64,000 nt of DNA from Spirochaetaceae bacterium (GTDB taxonomy: Bacteria; Spirochaetota; Spirochaetia; DSM-2461): positions 64,001 through 128,000 of the forward strand of contig JAOPTT010000004.1 in NCBI GenBank assembly GCA_051531975.1. Direction: 5' to 3'. This document shows positions 51,862 to 61,349 of the stretch, piece after piece; the first letter of the stretch is position 1, and the number at the start of each line of letters is the position of its first letter. A program made the translations under genes and the position numbers. Under the pieces are notes generated by a model. That model was not told the DNA's origin. It saw only the letters and a list, made by a program, of their open reading frames with translations, and ran no database searches.

Positions 51862-52806
51862 TTATTCTTGTTCTGCTAACCACCGTTCTGTGTCAATAGC
51901 TGCCATACAACCTGTACCAGCTGCAGTTACTGCTTGACGATATTTACTATCCATTACATCACCACAAGCAAAAACACCTTCAATATTAGTTCTTGTTGTT
52001 CCAGGAGGTGTTATTAAGTATCCATTTTCATCTGTATCTAAGGAATCTTTAAATATCTCTGTATTTGGTTTATGCCCTACTGCTATAAAAAGTCCTTTAA
52101 CTCCAATTTCACTTTTCTCACCAGTTTTATTGTTAAGAACTCGAACGTCAACTAGTGGTCCTGTGTCTCCACCTAAAACCTCATCTAGTTCTGTATTCCA
52201 TAACATCTCAATTTTTGGATTATCGAAAGCTCTTTTTTGCATTGCTTTACTAGCTCTTAGTTCATCTCTTCGGTGCATTAGGTATACTTTAGAACAGAAG
52301 TTTGTTAGGTAGATAGCTTCTTCTACTGCAGTGTCTCCACCACCAATAACTGCAACATCTTTCTCTTTAAAGAAAAAACCATCACATGTTGCACATGCTG
52401 ATACACCTCGACCTTTAAACTTAGATTCACTTTCTAAACCTAGGTATTTAGCCGTTGCTCCTGTAGATATTATTAAAGAGTCACAGCTATACTGCTTTCC
52501 ATATGTATCTAATATAAAGGGTCTTTTAGAAAGATCAGCTTTTGTAACTTCATCTTCAATAATGATAGTATTAAATCTTAGAGCTTGTTTCTCCATATCC
52601 ATCATTAATTCATTACCATCGCGACCGTCAGGGAATCCAGGGAAGTTATCAATTTCTGTAGTTGTAGTTAACTGTCCACCTTTTTGAAATCCCGAGATCA
52701 TAACTGGGTTTAAGTTAGCTCTAGCTGCATAAATTGCAGCTGTATATCCTGCTGGGCCTGAGCCTATAATTATTACTTTATGGTGTTCCATACTGTTTTC
52801 TGACAT
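51862..52806 (-). CDS. trxB: thioredoxin reductase
   Basis: GSGPAG, GGQL, CATCDG, GGGD.A.EEA, HRR, GD, AAG.GC. Confidence 0.97.
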   Translation of the reverse strand: MSENSMEHHKVIIIGSGPAGYTAAIYAARANLNPVMISGFQKGGQLTTTTEIDNFPGFPDGRDGNELMMDMEKQALRFNTIIIEDEVTKADLSKRPFILDTYGKQYSCDSLIISTGATAKYLGLESESKFKGRGVSACATCDGFFFKEKDVAVIGGGDTAVEEAIYLTNFCSKVYLMHRRDELRASKAMQKRAFDNPKIEMLWNTELDEVLGGDTGPLVDVRVLNNKTGEKSEIGVKGLFIAVGHKPNTEIFKDSLDTDENGYLITPPGTTRTNIEGVFACGDVMDSKYRQAVTAAGTGCMAAIDTERWLAEQE

Positions 52807-52817
52807 TTTTTGTTCTC

Positions 52818-53633
52818 CTATAAATTACTGCTACTTTTAATATAACGCTTTTTTTCAATATAATGAATAATAATTACTGATAAGCCGGTAAAAACTAGAA
52901 TATTTATTAATGATTCAATAGGGTTTATATCTTCTCTTAATAAAAAAACTGGAGCGGATGTAATTGGGGAATTAGGATAATTAAGAAAATTTATTGTAAA
53001 AAAGTTATTAGCAAAATGTATTCCTACTGAATATTCCAATCCTTTATATTTTATTCTTAGATAAGACAAGAGCATTGCCATTATTATATATGATGCAAAA
53101 AACAGTAATTTTTGATCTTTTACCTCTGGATTAGCTAAGTGGGGTAGTGCAAATAGTATTGATGAAGCTAATATTAAAAATAACATGTTATTTTTAATAG
53201 ACTTTAGAAAGTCAATTAAATAGCCCCTAAAAAGTAGCTCTTCAGCTGTTATCTGAATTGGAGTTAATATCATTGATAATAAAAGAAAATAGAGGGACTT
53301 TTTAAAGTCAAAAGTTAAAATTAACGATTCTGGATTGTAGATGTATATAATAAACAGTGAACTCAAGTTTAGACAAAACCACAAAATAAATCCTATAGCT
53401 ACCTGCTTAAAATTAATTTTTATATTTTCTAACCTATGATAAAATTTATATATAATAACTATCGCTATAGTTAAAGGCATAAAAGATAAATTTAGACCTA
53501 TAAAATAATCTATTTTGTCTCCAGATGTTAATAGTTTCGTTATTAAAGGACCTAAAATAAAACTAAGAAGTGATGTTAATAGAAGTATTAATAATCCTCC
53601 TATAATAAAATTATACCATCGGTAATTTTTCAT
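52818..53633 (-). CDS. CPBP/Abi family intramembrane metalloprotease
   Basis: EELLFRG, FALPH, H..NN motifs in a polytopic membrane protein. Confidence 0.9.
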   Translation of the reverse strand: MKNYRWYNFIIGGLLILLLTSLLSFILGPLITKLLTSGDKIDYFIGLNLSFMPLTIAIVIIYKFYHRLENIKINFKQVAIGFILWFCLNLSSLFIIYIYNPESLILTFDFKKSLYFLLLSMILTPIQITAEELLFRGYLIDFLKSIKNNMLFLILASSILFALPHLANPEVKDQKLLFFASYIIMAMLLSYLRIKYKGLEYSVGIHFANNFFTINFLNYPNSPITSAPVFLLREDINPIESLINILVFTGLSVIIIHYIEKKRYIKSSSNL

Positions 53634-53677
53634 TTCTAAATATTAACATAATATTATATAAAATATACACTGTTTTT

Positions 53678-54232
53678 ATGGATGAAAATTTAGAAAAACT
53701 ATTGAGAGAAAACAGAGTTTTAAAATCAGATAGAATTACACTTAGACCCTTTACTATAGAGGATGTAGAAGACTTTTTCGAAGTCAGCTCAGATGTCAAA
53801 GTAAGTGAGTATTTAACTTGGGGTCCCCATACACATATTGATCAAGCAAAAGACTCTATCGAAAATAGATTTTGTAATAACATTGGGGTTTATGCCATAG
53901 AGTTAAAACCGGGAAACAAGTGTTTAGGGTGTATTGATCTAAGGGTCGAAGAAGATCATAAGAAGGCCAGCTTTGGTTTTATGTTAAATAAAAACTACTG
54001 GGGACACGGGTATATGACAGAAACTCTTTTATTGGTGCTAAAGTTATGTTTCGGGACTCTTAAACTAAATAGAGTAGAAAGTTCTTGTTACAAGGGGAAT
54101 GAAGGTTCTGGTAGAGTTATGGAGAAATGTGGCATGAAGCTTGAAGGGTTTTTTAAGCAGGAGTTAATAGTTAAAGAAAGATTAGTAGATGTTTATCATT
54201 ATGGTATATTAGCCGAGGATTTTAAAAACTAG
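53678..54232 (+). CDS. RimJ/RimL-type GNAT acetyltransferase
   Basis: R..LRP, YWGHGYMTE, N..S.RVMEKCG. Confidence 0.9.
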   Translation: MDENLEKLLRENRVLKSDRITLRPFTIEDVEDFFEVSSDVKVSEYLTWGPHTHIDQAKDSIENRFCNNIGVYAIELKPGNKCLGCIDLRVEEDHKKASFGFMLNKNYWGHGYMTETLLLVLKLCFGTLKLNRVESSCYKGNEGSGRVMEKCGMKLEGFFKQELIVKERLVDVYHYGILAEDFKN

Positions 54233-54257
54233 ATGGGACATAAGTCCCTTCTAGTTT
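54226..54257. terminator. bidirectional terminator between convergent GNAT and PPIase genes
   Basis: AAACTAGA-T-GGGAC ATAA GTCCC-T-TCTAGTTT hairpin with T runs on both strands. Confidence 0.72.
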
Positions 54258-54265
54258 ATTAATAT

Positions 54266-55207
54266 TTACTCTTTAATTTCAGCCCAATCTGGCTTCTTAA
54301 TCTTTGCATCTTCTTCTACTTTAGTAAAAAATCGTTCTCTTTTAAGTTGACTTGTAATAAAAGTTACAGTCTCTTCGAATGGTGCAATCTCTGCATCAGA
54401 TCTAGATTCTACTTTTATAATGTGGTAACCAAATTGAGTTAAAACTGGCTGGCTAACTTCATTTATAGCAATGTTGAATGCTACATCTTCAAATTCTTTA
54501 ACCATTTGACCTTTTTGGAATTGACCTAGCTGCCCACCATTTGTATTAGACGGACCTTGAGAATATTTTGCTGCTGCTTCACCAAAGTCTAAACCAGACA
54601 TGATCTCTTCTCTGATAGCTGTTGCTTCAACTAATGCTTTTGCAGTATCCCCTTCTTCAGGAACTATTAAAATATGTCTACAAGAGTTAATAGTTGGTTG
54701 CTTAGTAAATATTCTCTCTTTGTTCTCTTCATAATATGTATTTAAGTCTTCGTCTGATAATGTGATCTCATCTGTTTCTGATGCGTATTCACTTAAATCC
54801 TGAAGTCTGAACTGGTAAGTAAACTCTTTTTTTAGTTCATCTATAGTAAAACCCTGTGCTTCTATTTCCTGGATCATCTTTTCTTCAGAACCGTATTGAG
54901 TTATCATCTGCTGTAATTGATCTTCAACTGATTGTGGGTCTGCCTCTATACCTAATTCATCTAGTTTTTTTGTAAAAACTCTTTTCTGAATCATAGAATT
55001 AAGAATCTGAGACTCAAACTGTGCATTCTCTTCTTCTGACATTTCATAGTCTGCAGGAATAATTCCTTGGAACTTCTTTAATTCTGCATCAAACTCACCC
55101 TGAGTTATTTTCTCTTTTCCAATAGACGCAATTGCTTTATCTTCTGGAGCCGTATTGCAGCTAAATAACAGTGTAATTAGTGTTATACCTAATAATAATT
55201 TCTTCAT
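54266..55207 (-). CDS. PrsA-like parvulin foldase lipoprotein
   Basis: Lipobox LFSC, SurA-N-like domain, RHILI, GG.LG.F..GQMV.EFE, TQFGYHII. Confidence 0.9.
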   Translation of the reverse strand: MKKLLLGITLITLLFSCNTAPEDKAIASIGKEKITQGEFDAELKKFQGIIPADYEMSEEENAQFESQILNSMIQKRVFTKKLDELGIEADPQSVEDQLQQMITQYGSEEKMIQEIEAQGFTIDELKKEFTYQFRLQDLSEYASETDEITLSDEDLNTYYEENKERIFTKQPTINSCRHILIVPEEGDTAKALVEATAIREEIMSGLDFGEAAAKYSQGPSNTNGGQLGQFQKGQMVKEFEDVAFNIAINEVSQPVLTQFGYHIIKVESRSDAEIAPFEETVTFITSQLKRERFFTKVEEDAKIKKPDWAEIKE

Positions 55208-55241
55208 GTAAACCTCATATATCTTTTAATTTAATTTCTGT

Positions 55242-56153
55242 TTAATACATCTCTTTGCCAAATGCATGGCAAAGTAGTTCAACAGCTAACTCTGCTGTTT
55301 GGTTATATATATCTAAAGCAGGATTAACTTCAACTAGTTCAAAACTTGATACTTTATTGCATTTAGATATTGCTTCTAATAATAGTGCAACTTCACGGAA
55401 GTGTAGGCCTCCAGGAACTCTAGTTCCCGTCCCCGGTGCTTCTTTAGGGTCAAGTGAGTCTACATCAAAAGAGACATGAACATGATCCACATCTTTTGTT
55501 GCAATTTTTATTGCTTCCTCAGTTATCTCCGTTATTCCCCGTTTCATAATATCCATCATTGTAAATACTGTAACATTTGTACTTTTTAGAAGTTTTGCTT
55601 CATTTGAGTCAATCTCTCTAGCTGCTATAATTACACAGTTCTCCTCAATTGCAGTAGGAGAAGGTCCAAGACTTAAAAGATCTTTATTACCCCGACCTGT
55701 AGCAATTGCCAGTGGCATCCCATGTATATTCCCTGTAGGAGAGGTCTCTGGTAAGTTGAAATCTCCATGAGCATCAATCCAAATTACTCCAGTATTACCG
55801 CCATGTATTTTTTTTAATCCAGCCATTGATCCAATAGATATGCTATGATCTCCACCAAGAATCAGAGGCATATATCCTGAATCAATAATTAACTCTACTC
55901 TTGTTTTTAGAAGAGTACATGTATCCATAATAATGTCTAAATAGTTAAGCCCTATGTTGTCTGGATCAATTGAATCAAACTGATCTACAGTATAACAATC
56001 GACGGTTCCAAAATCCTTTACTTCGTGGCCAAGTCCCCGGAGTCTAGAAATTAAACCTGCAACTCTAATGGCTCCAGGACCCATGTCTACACCTTTTTTA
56101 GATGCACCAACATCTTGGGGGACTCCAATAAGTCCAATTTTCTTGAATTTCAT
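55242..56153 (-). CDS. rocF: arginase
   Basis: GVDMGP, GGDHS, DAHGD, SPTGNIHGM, SFDVDSLDP, EVNP. Confidence 0.95.
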   Translation of the reverse strand: MKFKKIGLIGVPQDVGASKKGVDMGPGAIRVAGLISRLRGLGHEVKDFGTVDCYTVDQFDSIDPDNIGLNYLDIIMDTCTLLKTRVELIIDSGYMPLILGGDHSISIGSMAGLKKIHGGNTGVIWIDAHGDFNLPETSPTGNIHGMPLAIATGRGNKDLLSLGPSPTAIEENCVIIAAREIDSNEAKLLKSTNVTVFTMMDIMKRGITEITEEAIKIATKDVDHVHVSFDVDSLDPKEAPGTGTRVPGGLHFREVALLLEAISKCNKVSSFELVEVNPALDIYNQTAELAVELLCHAFGKEMY

Positions 56154-56230
56154 GAAAAATATAATAACATAACAACAATAAAAGTAGAACTAATAACTGA
56201 AAAATGTTAAATTTGTAATGGAGTGTTTTA

Positions 56231-56455
56231 ATGAGAAGATTTTTAGAATATGGGGCTCTTTCTGCTGCCTTATTTACCCTTTGTTATATAGGAATAACAT
56301 TCTTTACTAGTGTGACAATAAACTTAACTTCAATTGCTCTATGTATTTGTGGTGGTCTAGTTGCCGGAATAGTCGTTTCTGCTCTGTTTTATTTCTTCTC
56401 TCCTGGAGATTTTATCCCTGAAGGTGAAGAGGATAAGTATATTAATAAACCTTAA
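56231..56455 (+). CDS. small two-helix membrane protein
   Basis: 74 aa, two hydrophobic segments, GGAG SD, fills the gap between flanking genes. Confidence 0.65.
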   Translation: MRRFLEYGALSAALFTLCYIGITFFTSVTINLTSIALCICGGLVAGIVVSALFYFFSPGDFIPEGEEDKYINKP

Positions 56456-57549
56456 AGCCTCATTGTAATTTTTTTAAAAAAATCTATTTCTTTAGTAATG
56501 TTTTTATCTGAAAGAAGTGCCCATGATGCATAATCCATAGCTTTAGAAGATGCTAAGGCATTTAGTTCTATATAGTTAAGATGGTCAGTTTCTATCGATT
56601 TTTTATCTGCAGTTATATCATTCAATGCAATAGCTGCTGCTGCAATAACTTGTTTTGGGGTTCCTCCCATAATTTGAGTGGCTGCTGCACTTGCCATAGA
56701 TGTTGCTATTGTTATATCGGATATGATAGAACCTTCTTGTATATCTTTATAGAGTAATTTCCCTATCATCCCTGCTGTAATTAAACCTCTAATGATTCTT
56801 GTTTCAGATACTTTGTATGTTTCCATTAATTCATAGAGAACCCCAGGGATTACACCACAACTTTTTGCTGTAGGTGCTGCTACAATAGATTTTGCAGATG
56901 CATTTTCTTCTATAACTGCTAATGAATATGATAATGTTTTACTGATTTGCTGTATAAAGTCTCTGTTGTGTATCGATCTAGATAAAAATAGTGAAGCTCT
57001 TCTGGTTCCTAAATCAGGATTAGGTAATCCACCTTCTACTTCAAGGCCTTTAGCTATAGATTTTTTCATTAGACTCCATTTAAGACTTATATACTCTTCT
57101 AAATTTGAAGAATCACATTTAAGAGCAAATTCCCAAACTGTTCGACCATTGTCATATGCCCAATCAATTAAATCCTGAGCTGTAACCTCGGGGATATTAG
57201 GATCTTCTATTTCTGAAACTTCCCCAAGTTTAGTTATGTGATGTAGTTCTTCCCTTAATAATACCTTGTTTTTACCAAAAGATTGGAATTTAAGGGCTAT
57301 AACATCATCTGGTAGATCTGATTCATCATCGGTAATTATTCGAGCAACATATGGAGATATGGCATTTTTTAATGCTTGGACTGTAAAGTTTTCATCAGCA
57401 TTATCTTTTAACTTCCCATAAAGAGTTACCTTGATTGTTGTTGCATCTTTACATTCATCTTTAAATTCTATTGCTAAACGGTATGGATGAATTGAGTAAG
57501 TACTACTTGGTCCTGGACCATGTCTAAAAAGGTTTTTTATCGATATCAT
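56452..57549 (-). CDS. degenerate Fe-S L-serine dehydratase (SdaA fused beta/alpha) homologue
   Basis: G.GPSS, VTLYG, EG.LP, AV.EENA....V.APT..SCGVIPGVL retained; Fe-S cysteines absent. Confidence 0.78.
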   Translation of the reverse strand: MISIKNLFRHGPGPSSTYSIHPYRLAIEFKDECKDATTIKVTLYGKLKDNADENFTVQALKNAISPYVARIITDDESDLPDDVIALKFQSFGKNKVLLREELHHITKLGEVSEIEDPNIPEVTAQDLIDWAYDNGRTVWEFALKCDSSNLEEYISLKWSLMKKSIAKGLEVEGGLPNPDLGTRRASLFLSRSIHNRDFIQQISKTLSYSLAVIEENASAKSIVAAPTAKSCGVIPGVLYELMETYKVSETRIIRGLITAGMIGKLLYKDIQEGSIISDITIATSMASAAATQIMGGTPKQVIAAAAIALNDITADKKSIETDHLNYIELNALASSKAMDYASWALLSDKNITKEIDFFKKITMRL

Positions 57550-57663
57550 TATTCCGCCCTGTTCGTAATAGATTAATAGCGTTTGTATTTAATTACAAAT
57601 ATTTTTTTATATTCTTTGAATTTTCTTTCAAAGATGGTCATTTAACTATATATTATTGAAGTA

Positions 57664-58746
57664 ATGTGGCGGTTTATTAATATTTGTATACTTTCATTAA
57701 TCTCATTTTCACTATTTAGCCAAGAAATTGTAAAATTAACTTTCGCTGGTGATTTAATGGCTCATGATGTTAATTATAAAACAGAACCACTTTCAGATAT
57801 ATACAAAGGTGTTACAAAAGAGTTATTAGCTGACGATCTTAGTTTTGTAAATATGGAATTTCCTATTGATGAAGATAGAGTACAATCTTCATATCCATCA
57901 TTTAATATCCATCCTAAATTTATACAAGAAGCTATCACAAGCGGATTTGATGTATTTTCATTAGGTAATAATCATACAAATGATTTTGGTTATGGTAGTT
58001 TAATGAAAACTATTAAAAATATGGATGATTTTAAGAATAGAGAAGCAATTATATATTCTGGAGTATACGGTAAGGTTCCAGATTTACTGGAAATAGAAAG
58101 CATTCAAATTGGAGAATTGCATATTGGGTTTATAGCAATTACCCAATTTAGTAATAATTTTTGGAATAAAGAAGGTGCAGCTAAAATTTACACTGTTGAT
58201 TATGATGATGATAAAGAAGCTAACAATTTAAAGACATTTATAAAATCCCAAGAAGATAAATATGACTGCCTTATTTTATCTTACCATGGTGGAAAAGAGT
58301 ACGCTAAATATCCTTCTGATAAAAGAAAAACATTCTTTCTAGATCTTGTAGACTCTGGTGTTGATATACTATGGGGGCATCATCCCCATGTTTTACAACC
58401 ATGGATTCATAAATCTACAGATGGTGGAGATAAACTTATAATGTTTTCTATGGGTAATTTTATATCGGGACAGTTAGCAATTGTTGAACCTTGGGAACAT
58501 AATAAAAACTTTTCAGCCTCCGGGGTTTCCGCACTATTTAGGGCTGGACTTTATATGGAAGATGGGAAACTTAGAATGGACAATGTCGGGCCTAAGATTA
58601 CTGTGAATGTAAGAAATGAAAATAACTCATTTGTTACTGTATATAAAGATGATTTTTTAACTTATCCGATGAGTGAAAATTGGAAAGATTTTTATACTAA
58701 GATATTCCCAATTGCAGAACATAGGATAAGAAAAGAGGATCTATAA
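57664..58746 (+). CDS. CapA/PgsA family metallophosphatase-fold protein
   Basis: GD.M.H, N.E, SL.NNH..D, H.G.EY, GHHPH, S.GNF. Confidence 0.9.
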   Translation: MWRFINICILSLISFSLFSQEIVKLTFAGDLMAHDVNYKTEPLSDIYKGVTKELLADDLSFVNMEFPIDEDRVQSSYPSFNIHPKFIQEAITSGFDVFSLGNNHTNDFGYGSLMKTIKNMDDFKNREAIIYSGVYGKVPDLLEIESIQIGELHIGFIAITQFSNNFWNKEGAAKIYTVDYDDDKEANNLKTFIKSQEDKYDCLILSYHGGKEYAKYPSDKRKTFFLDLVDSGVDILWGHHPHVLQPWIHKSTDGGDKLIMFSMGNFISGQLAIVEPWEHNKNFSASGVSALFRAGLYMEDGKLRMDNVGPKITVNVRNENNSFVTVYKDDFLTYPMSENWKDFYTKIFPIAEHRIRKEDL

Positions 58747-59351
58747 TGAACCTTAAAGTACTGTTTTTAATTTTTGTTTTCTTTTTGTCATTAGGAATTA
58801 ATAGCTTAGAAGTTGGAATTGAAGGTGGATATTCTTACTTCGAATATGCTGAAGTTGGACCTAATAATAAAGATGACTTGTACTCTATAAAATCTGGTTT
58901 AGTTGGACTTTTTATTAAAAAAGATATATTTGATTTAGAATTAATAACTTCTATTAAAGCTCAGTTACCATTCGATCTTATTTTTACTGATGCTTTAGGT
59001 ACTGATGAGACAAACTATTTAGACTCTCTATATTATTATGGGCTAAATGCCCAACTTGGGTTTTTATGCCCAATAAAATTAAACAATCTAATAATTTCTC
59101 CTGGGATTCTATTAAATTATGACTATTTCTATTTTAAAGAATCTTTATCTGAACCATATACCGAGTACAGTTTTTCTATATTAGGTATAGGTGGAGAGTT
59201 AAATTTATATCTGCCTTTAGAACAAAACATATATTTAGGAATAAAAAGTTCTGGAGTATTAAATCTCTTACCTTTAAATGAAAGAAGCGGGGATCTATTA
59301 TGGTCTTACAATATTCTTACAACCTTATTCATATCTTTTATATTGCAATAA
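58746..59351 (+). CDS. putative outer-membrane beta-barrel protein
   Basis: Signal peptide and alternating hydrophobic, Gly/aromatic-rich strands. Confidence 0.6.
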   Translation: MNLKVLFLIFVFFLSLGINSLEVGIEGGYSYFEYAEVGPNNKDDLYSIKSGLVGLFIKKDIFDLELITSIKAQLPFDLIFTDALGTDETNYLDSLYYYGLNAQLGFLCPIKLNNLIISPGILLNYDYFYFKESLSEPYTEYSFSILGIGGELNLYLPLEQNIYLGIKSSGVLNLLPLNERSGDLLWSYNILTTLFISFILQ

Positions 59352-59400
59352 AAACTATATGTACTATATTTATAAATAGAACACTTAATTAGGATGTATT

Positions 59401-59775
59401 ATGAGTTTTAATGTATTGATAGTAGATGATTCACAGTTTGTACGCAAAATTTTATTAAAATCTTTATCTGAGATTTTTTCTGACAAAAATCCTGTTTTTA
59501 AAGATGCTAATAATGGAGAAGTTGCTTTAGAATTAATACAGAAGAATAGTTTCGATTTAGCTTTCTTTGATTTAACAATGCCTATAATGGATGGATTTCA
59601 ACTTTTAAAAGAGTTAAAAAAACAAAAGATAAAACTTCCAGTAATAGTATTGTCTGCAGATGTTCAAGAGTTTACTGCTGATATGGTAAATGAACTTGGT
59701 GTCTTAGGTTTTATGAATAAGCCATTTAATTATAAAAAAGCTGTAGAACTATTAACGGAGTTAAAAATACTATGA
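59401..59775 (+). CDS. single-domain response regulator
   Basis: IVDDS, FDLTMP.MDG, LSAD.Q, NKP. Confidence 0.92.
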   Translation: MSFNVLIVDDSQFVRKILLKSLSEIFSDKNPVFKDANNGEVALELIQKNSFDLAFFDLTMPIMDGFQLLKELKKQKIKLPVIVLSADVQEFTADMVNELGVLGFMNKPFNYKKAVELLTELKIL

Positions 59776-60419
59776 GTAAAATTGAATTTTCTGAAGATGA
59801 ATATGATCTTTTTACAGAATTAATAAATGTTTCTATGGGTCTTTCTGCTGCTGAGTTAGCAAAACTTTTTAATCATTATGTTGAGTTGAAAGTTCCAACC
59901 GTAGTTATTGAATCTTCTGAGTCGATCCCAGAGACAATTGTTAAAAGTAGTCTCTTTTCTGAGACTGAAAATGTTACTATTATTAAACAAAGATTTGATA
60001 ATAGTAGTTCTCTTAAAGGTGAAGGGGCTATAATTCTAAATCAGAAAACCAAAGAAGCGATTTTACCCTTGTTAGGTCTATCAACTGAAGATCTTGGTTC
60101 AGATAGTAGTAATGATTTTTTACTAGAACTTTCAAGTCAATTAGTAGGGTCATGTCTTTCTAAACTTTTTAATCAGTTTTTTGATTCTCCAATAATATTT
60201 GAATCACCACAAATTGTTGCTGAGGATGAAATGTTAAGAAAGGTTGCATACCAAGCTTTTGAGCAGGATCAGCATCAATTTGGGGATATTTTATGTTCAA
60301 AAATAAACTTTGTAATTAATAAGTTTAACTTTCAGTGTGACTTATTCTTTTTTGTTGATACAGATTCCCTTACTCATTTACAGTCGGCATTACAAAAGAT
60401 ATTAAAAGAGAGTTTTTAA
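59772..60419 (+). CDS. CheC-like phosphatase family protein
   Basis: EL.NV.MG..A..LA, V.L.VP.V, second half LEL....G.C; ATGA overlap with REC gene. Confidence 0.78.
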   Translation: MSKIEFSEDEYDLFTELINVSMGLSAAELAKLFNHYVELKVPTVVIESSESIPETIVKSSLFSETENVTIIKQRFDNSSSLKGEGAIILNQKTKEAILPLLGLSTEDLGSDSSNDFLLELSSQLVGSCLSKLFNQFFDSPIIFESPQIVAEDEMLRKVAYQAFEQDQHQFGDILCSKINFVINKFNFQCDLFFFVDTDSLTHLQSALQKILKESF

Positions 60420-61349
60420 ATGTCTGTTTTTGGTTTAGAACTCTTAAGTGAGATTAATAATAATATTGAACTAGGTCTGATTGTTATCGATTCAGATGAT
60501 AATATATGTCTGTGGAATTCTTTTATGGTAAATCATTCTACAATTAAAACTGTTGATGTAATGGGGAAGGAGCTTTTTGATGTCTTTCCAGCTCTACCAA
60601 AAATCTGGTTAAAACTTAAACTTAAGGGTGTAAGACAATTAAAAAATATTTCAAAAGTATCATGGGAGCAGAGACCAATTCTCTTTGAGTTTAAATACGG
60701 AGGAACTATGTTGCAAAATTGTTCTTTTATCCCTATTTCTGATCCAGTAACAGGTGATGATTATGTATGTATAACAATACAAAATGTTTCGGATTTTGCT
60801 AAAGATAAACTTGATTTAAATGAGATGATACAGATAAATAGAAGTCTTGAGGAAATATCTAGTATTGATTTTTTAACTGAAATTTATAATAGACGTTACA
60901 TATTAGAACAATTAGAAAGTAAAATTACTAATAGAGATAAAGCTAAAGATAATTTGACTCTTGTTATGTTCGATTTAGACCATTTTAAATCTGTAAATGA
61001 TAATTATGGCCATATAGCTGGGGATAGAGTGTTAAAATATGTGTCTAAAACTGTATCTGATTCACTACTACCTAACTCTCTGTTTGGTCGTTATGGTGGG
61101 GAAGAATTTCTTTTAATCTTTTGTGGAAATGATTTAGCTGAGATAAGTGCATGGGTAGAGCAAATAAGGATAAAAATTCATAAAGGTTCTGTTCCCACGA
61201 ATGAGAATGAGATAAAAGTTACTGCAAGCTTCGGAATAGCTGAATTTACAGCAGAATCAAAAGATTATTTTGAGACCCTTCATAGGGCAGATGTTGCTAT
61301 GTACCGATCAAAAAACAGTGGTAGAAACAGAGTTACTTTATATTCATAG
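60420..61349 (+). CDS. PAS + GGDEF diguanylate cyclase
   Basis: G..VID......WN..M PAS, D.LT..YNR, D.DHFK, RYGGEEF; no RxxD. Confidence 0.92.
   Translation: MSVFGLELLSEINNNIELGLIVIDSDDNICLWNSFMVNHSTIKTVDVMGKELFDVFPALPKIWLKLKLKGVRQLKNISKVSWEQRPILFEFKYGGTMLQNCSFIPISDPVTGDDYVCITIQNVSDFAKDKLDLNEMIQINRSLEEISSIDFLTEIYNRRYILEQLESKITNRDKAKDNLTLVMFDLDHFKSVNDNYGHIAGDRVLKYVSKTVSDSLLPNSLFGRYGGEEFLLIFCGNDLAEISAWVEQIRIKIHKGSVPTNENEIKVTASFGIAEFTAESKDYFETLHRADVAMYRSKNSGRNRVTLYS

Noticed and set aside
52818..53633. Abi-domain protein as a phage-defence system
   Set aside because: CPBP/Abi protease family name is a misnomer for defence; context is housekeeping
57664..58746. capA as a poly-gamma-glutamate capsule locus
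   Set aside because: No capB/capC adjacent; standalone CapA-domain proteins are widespread
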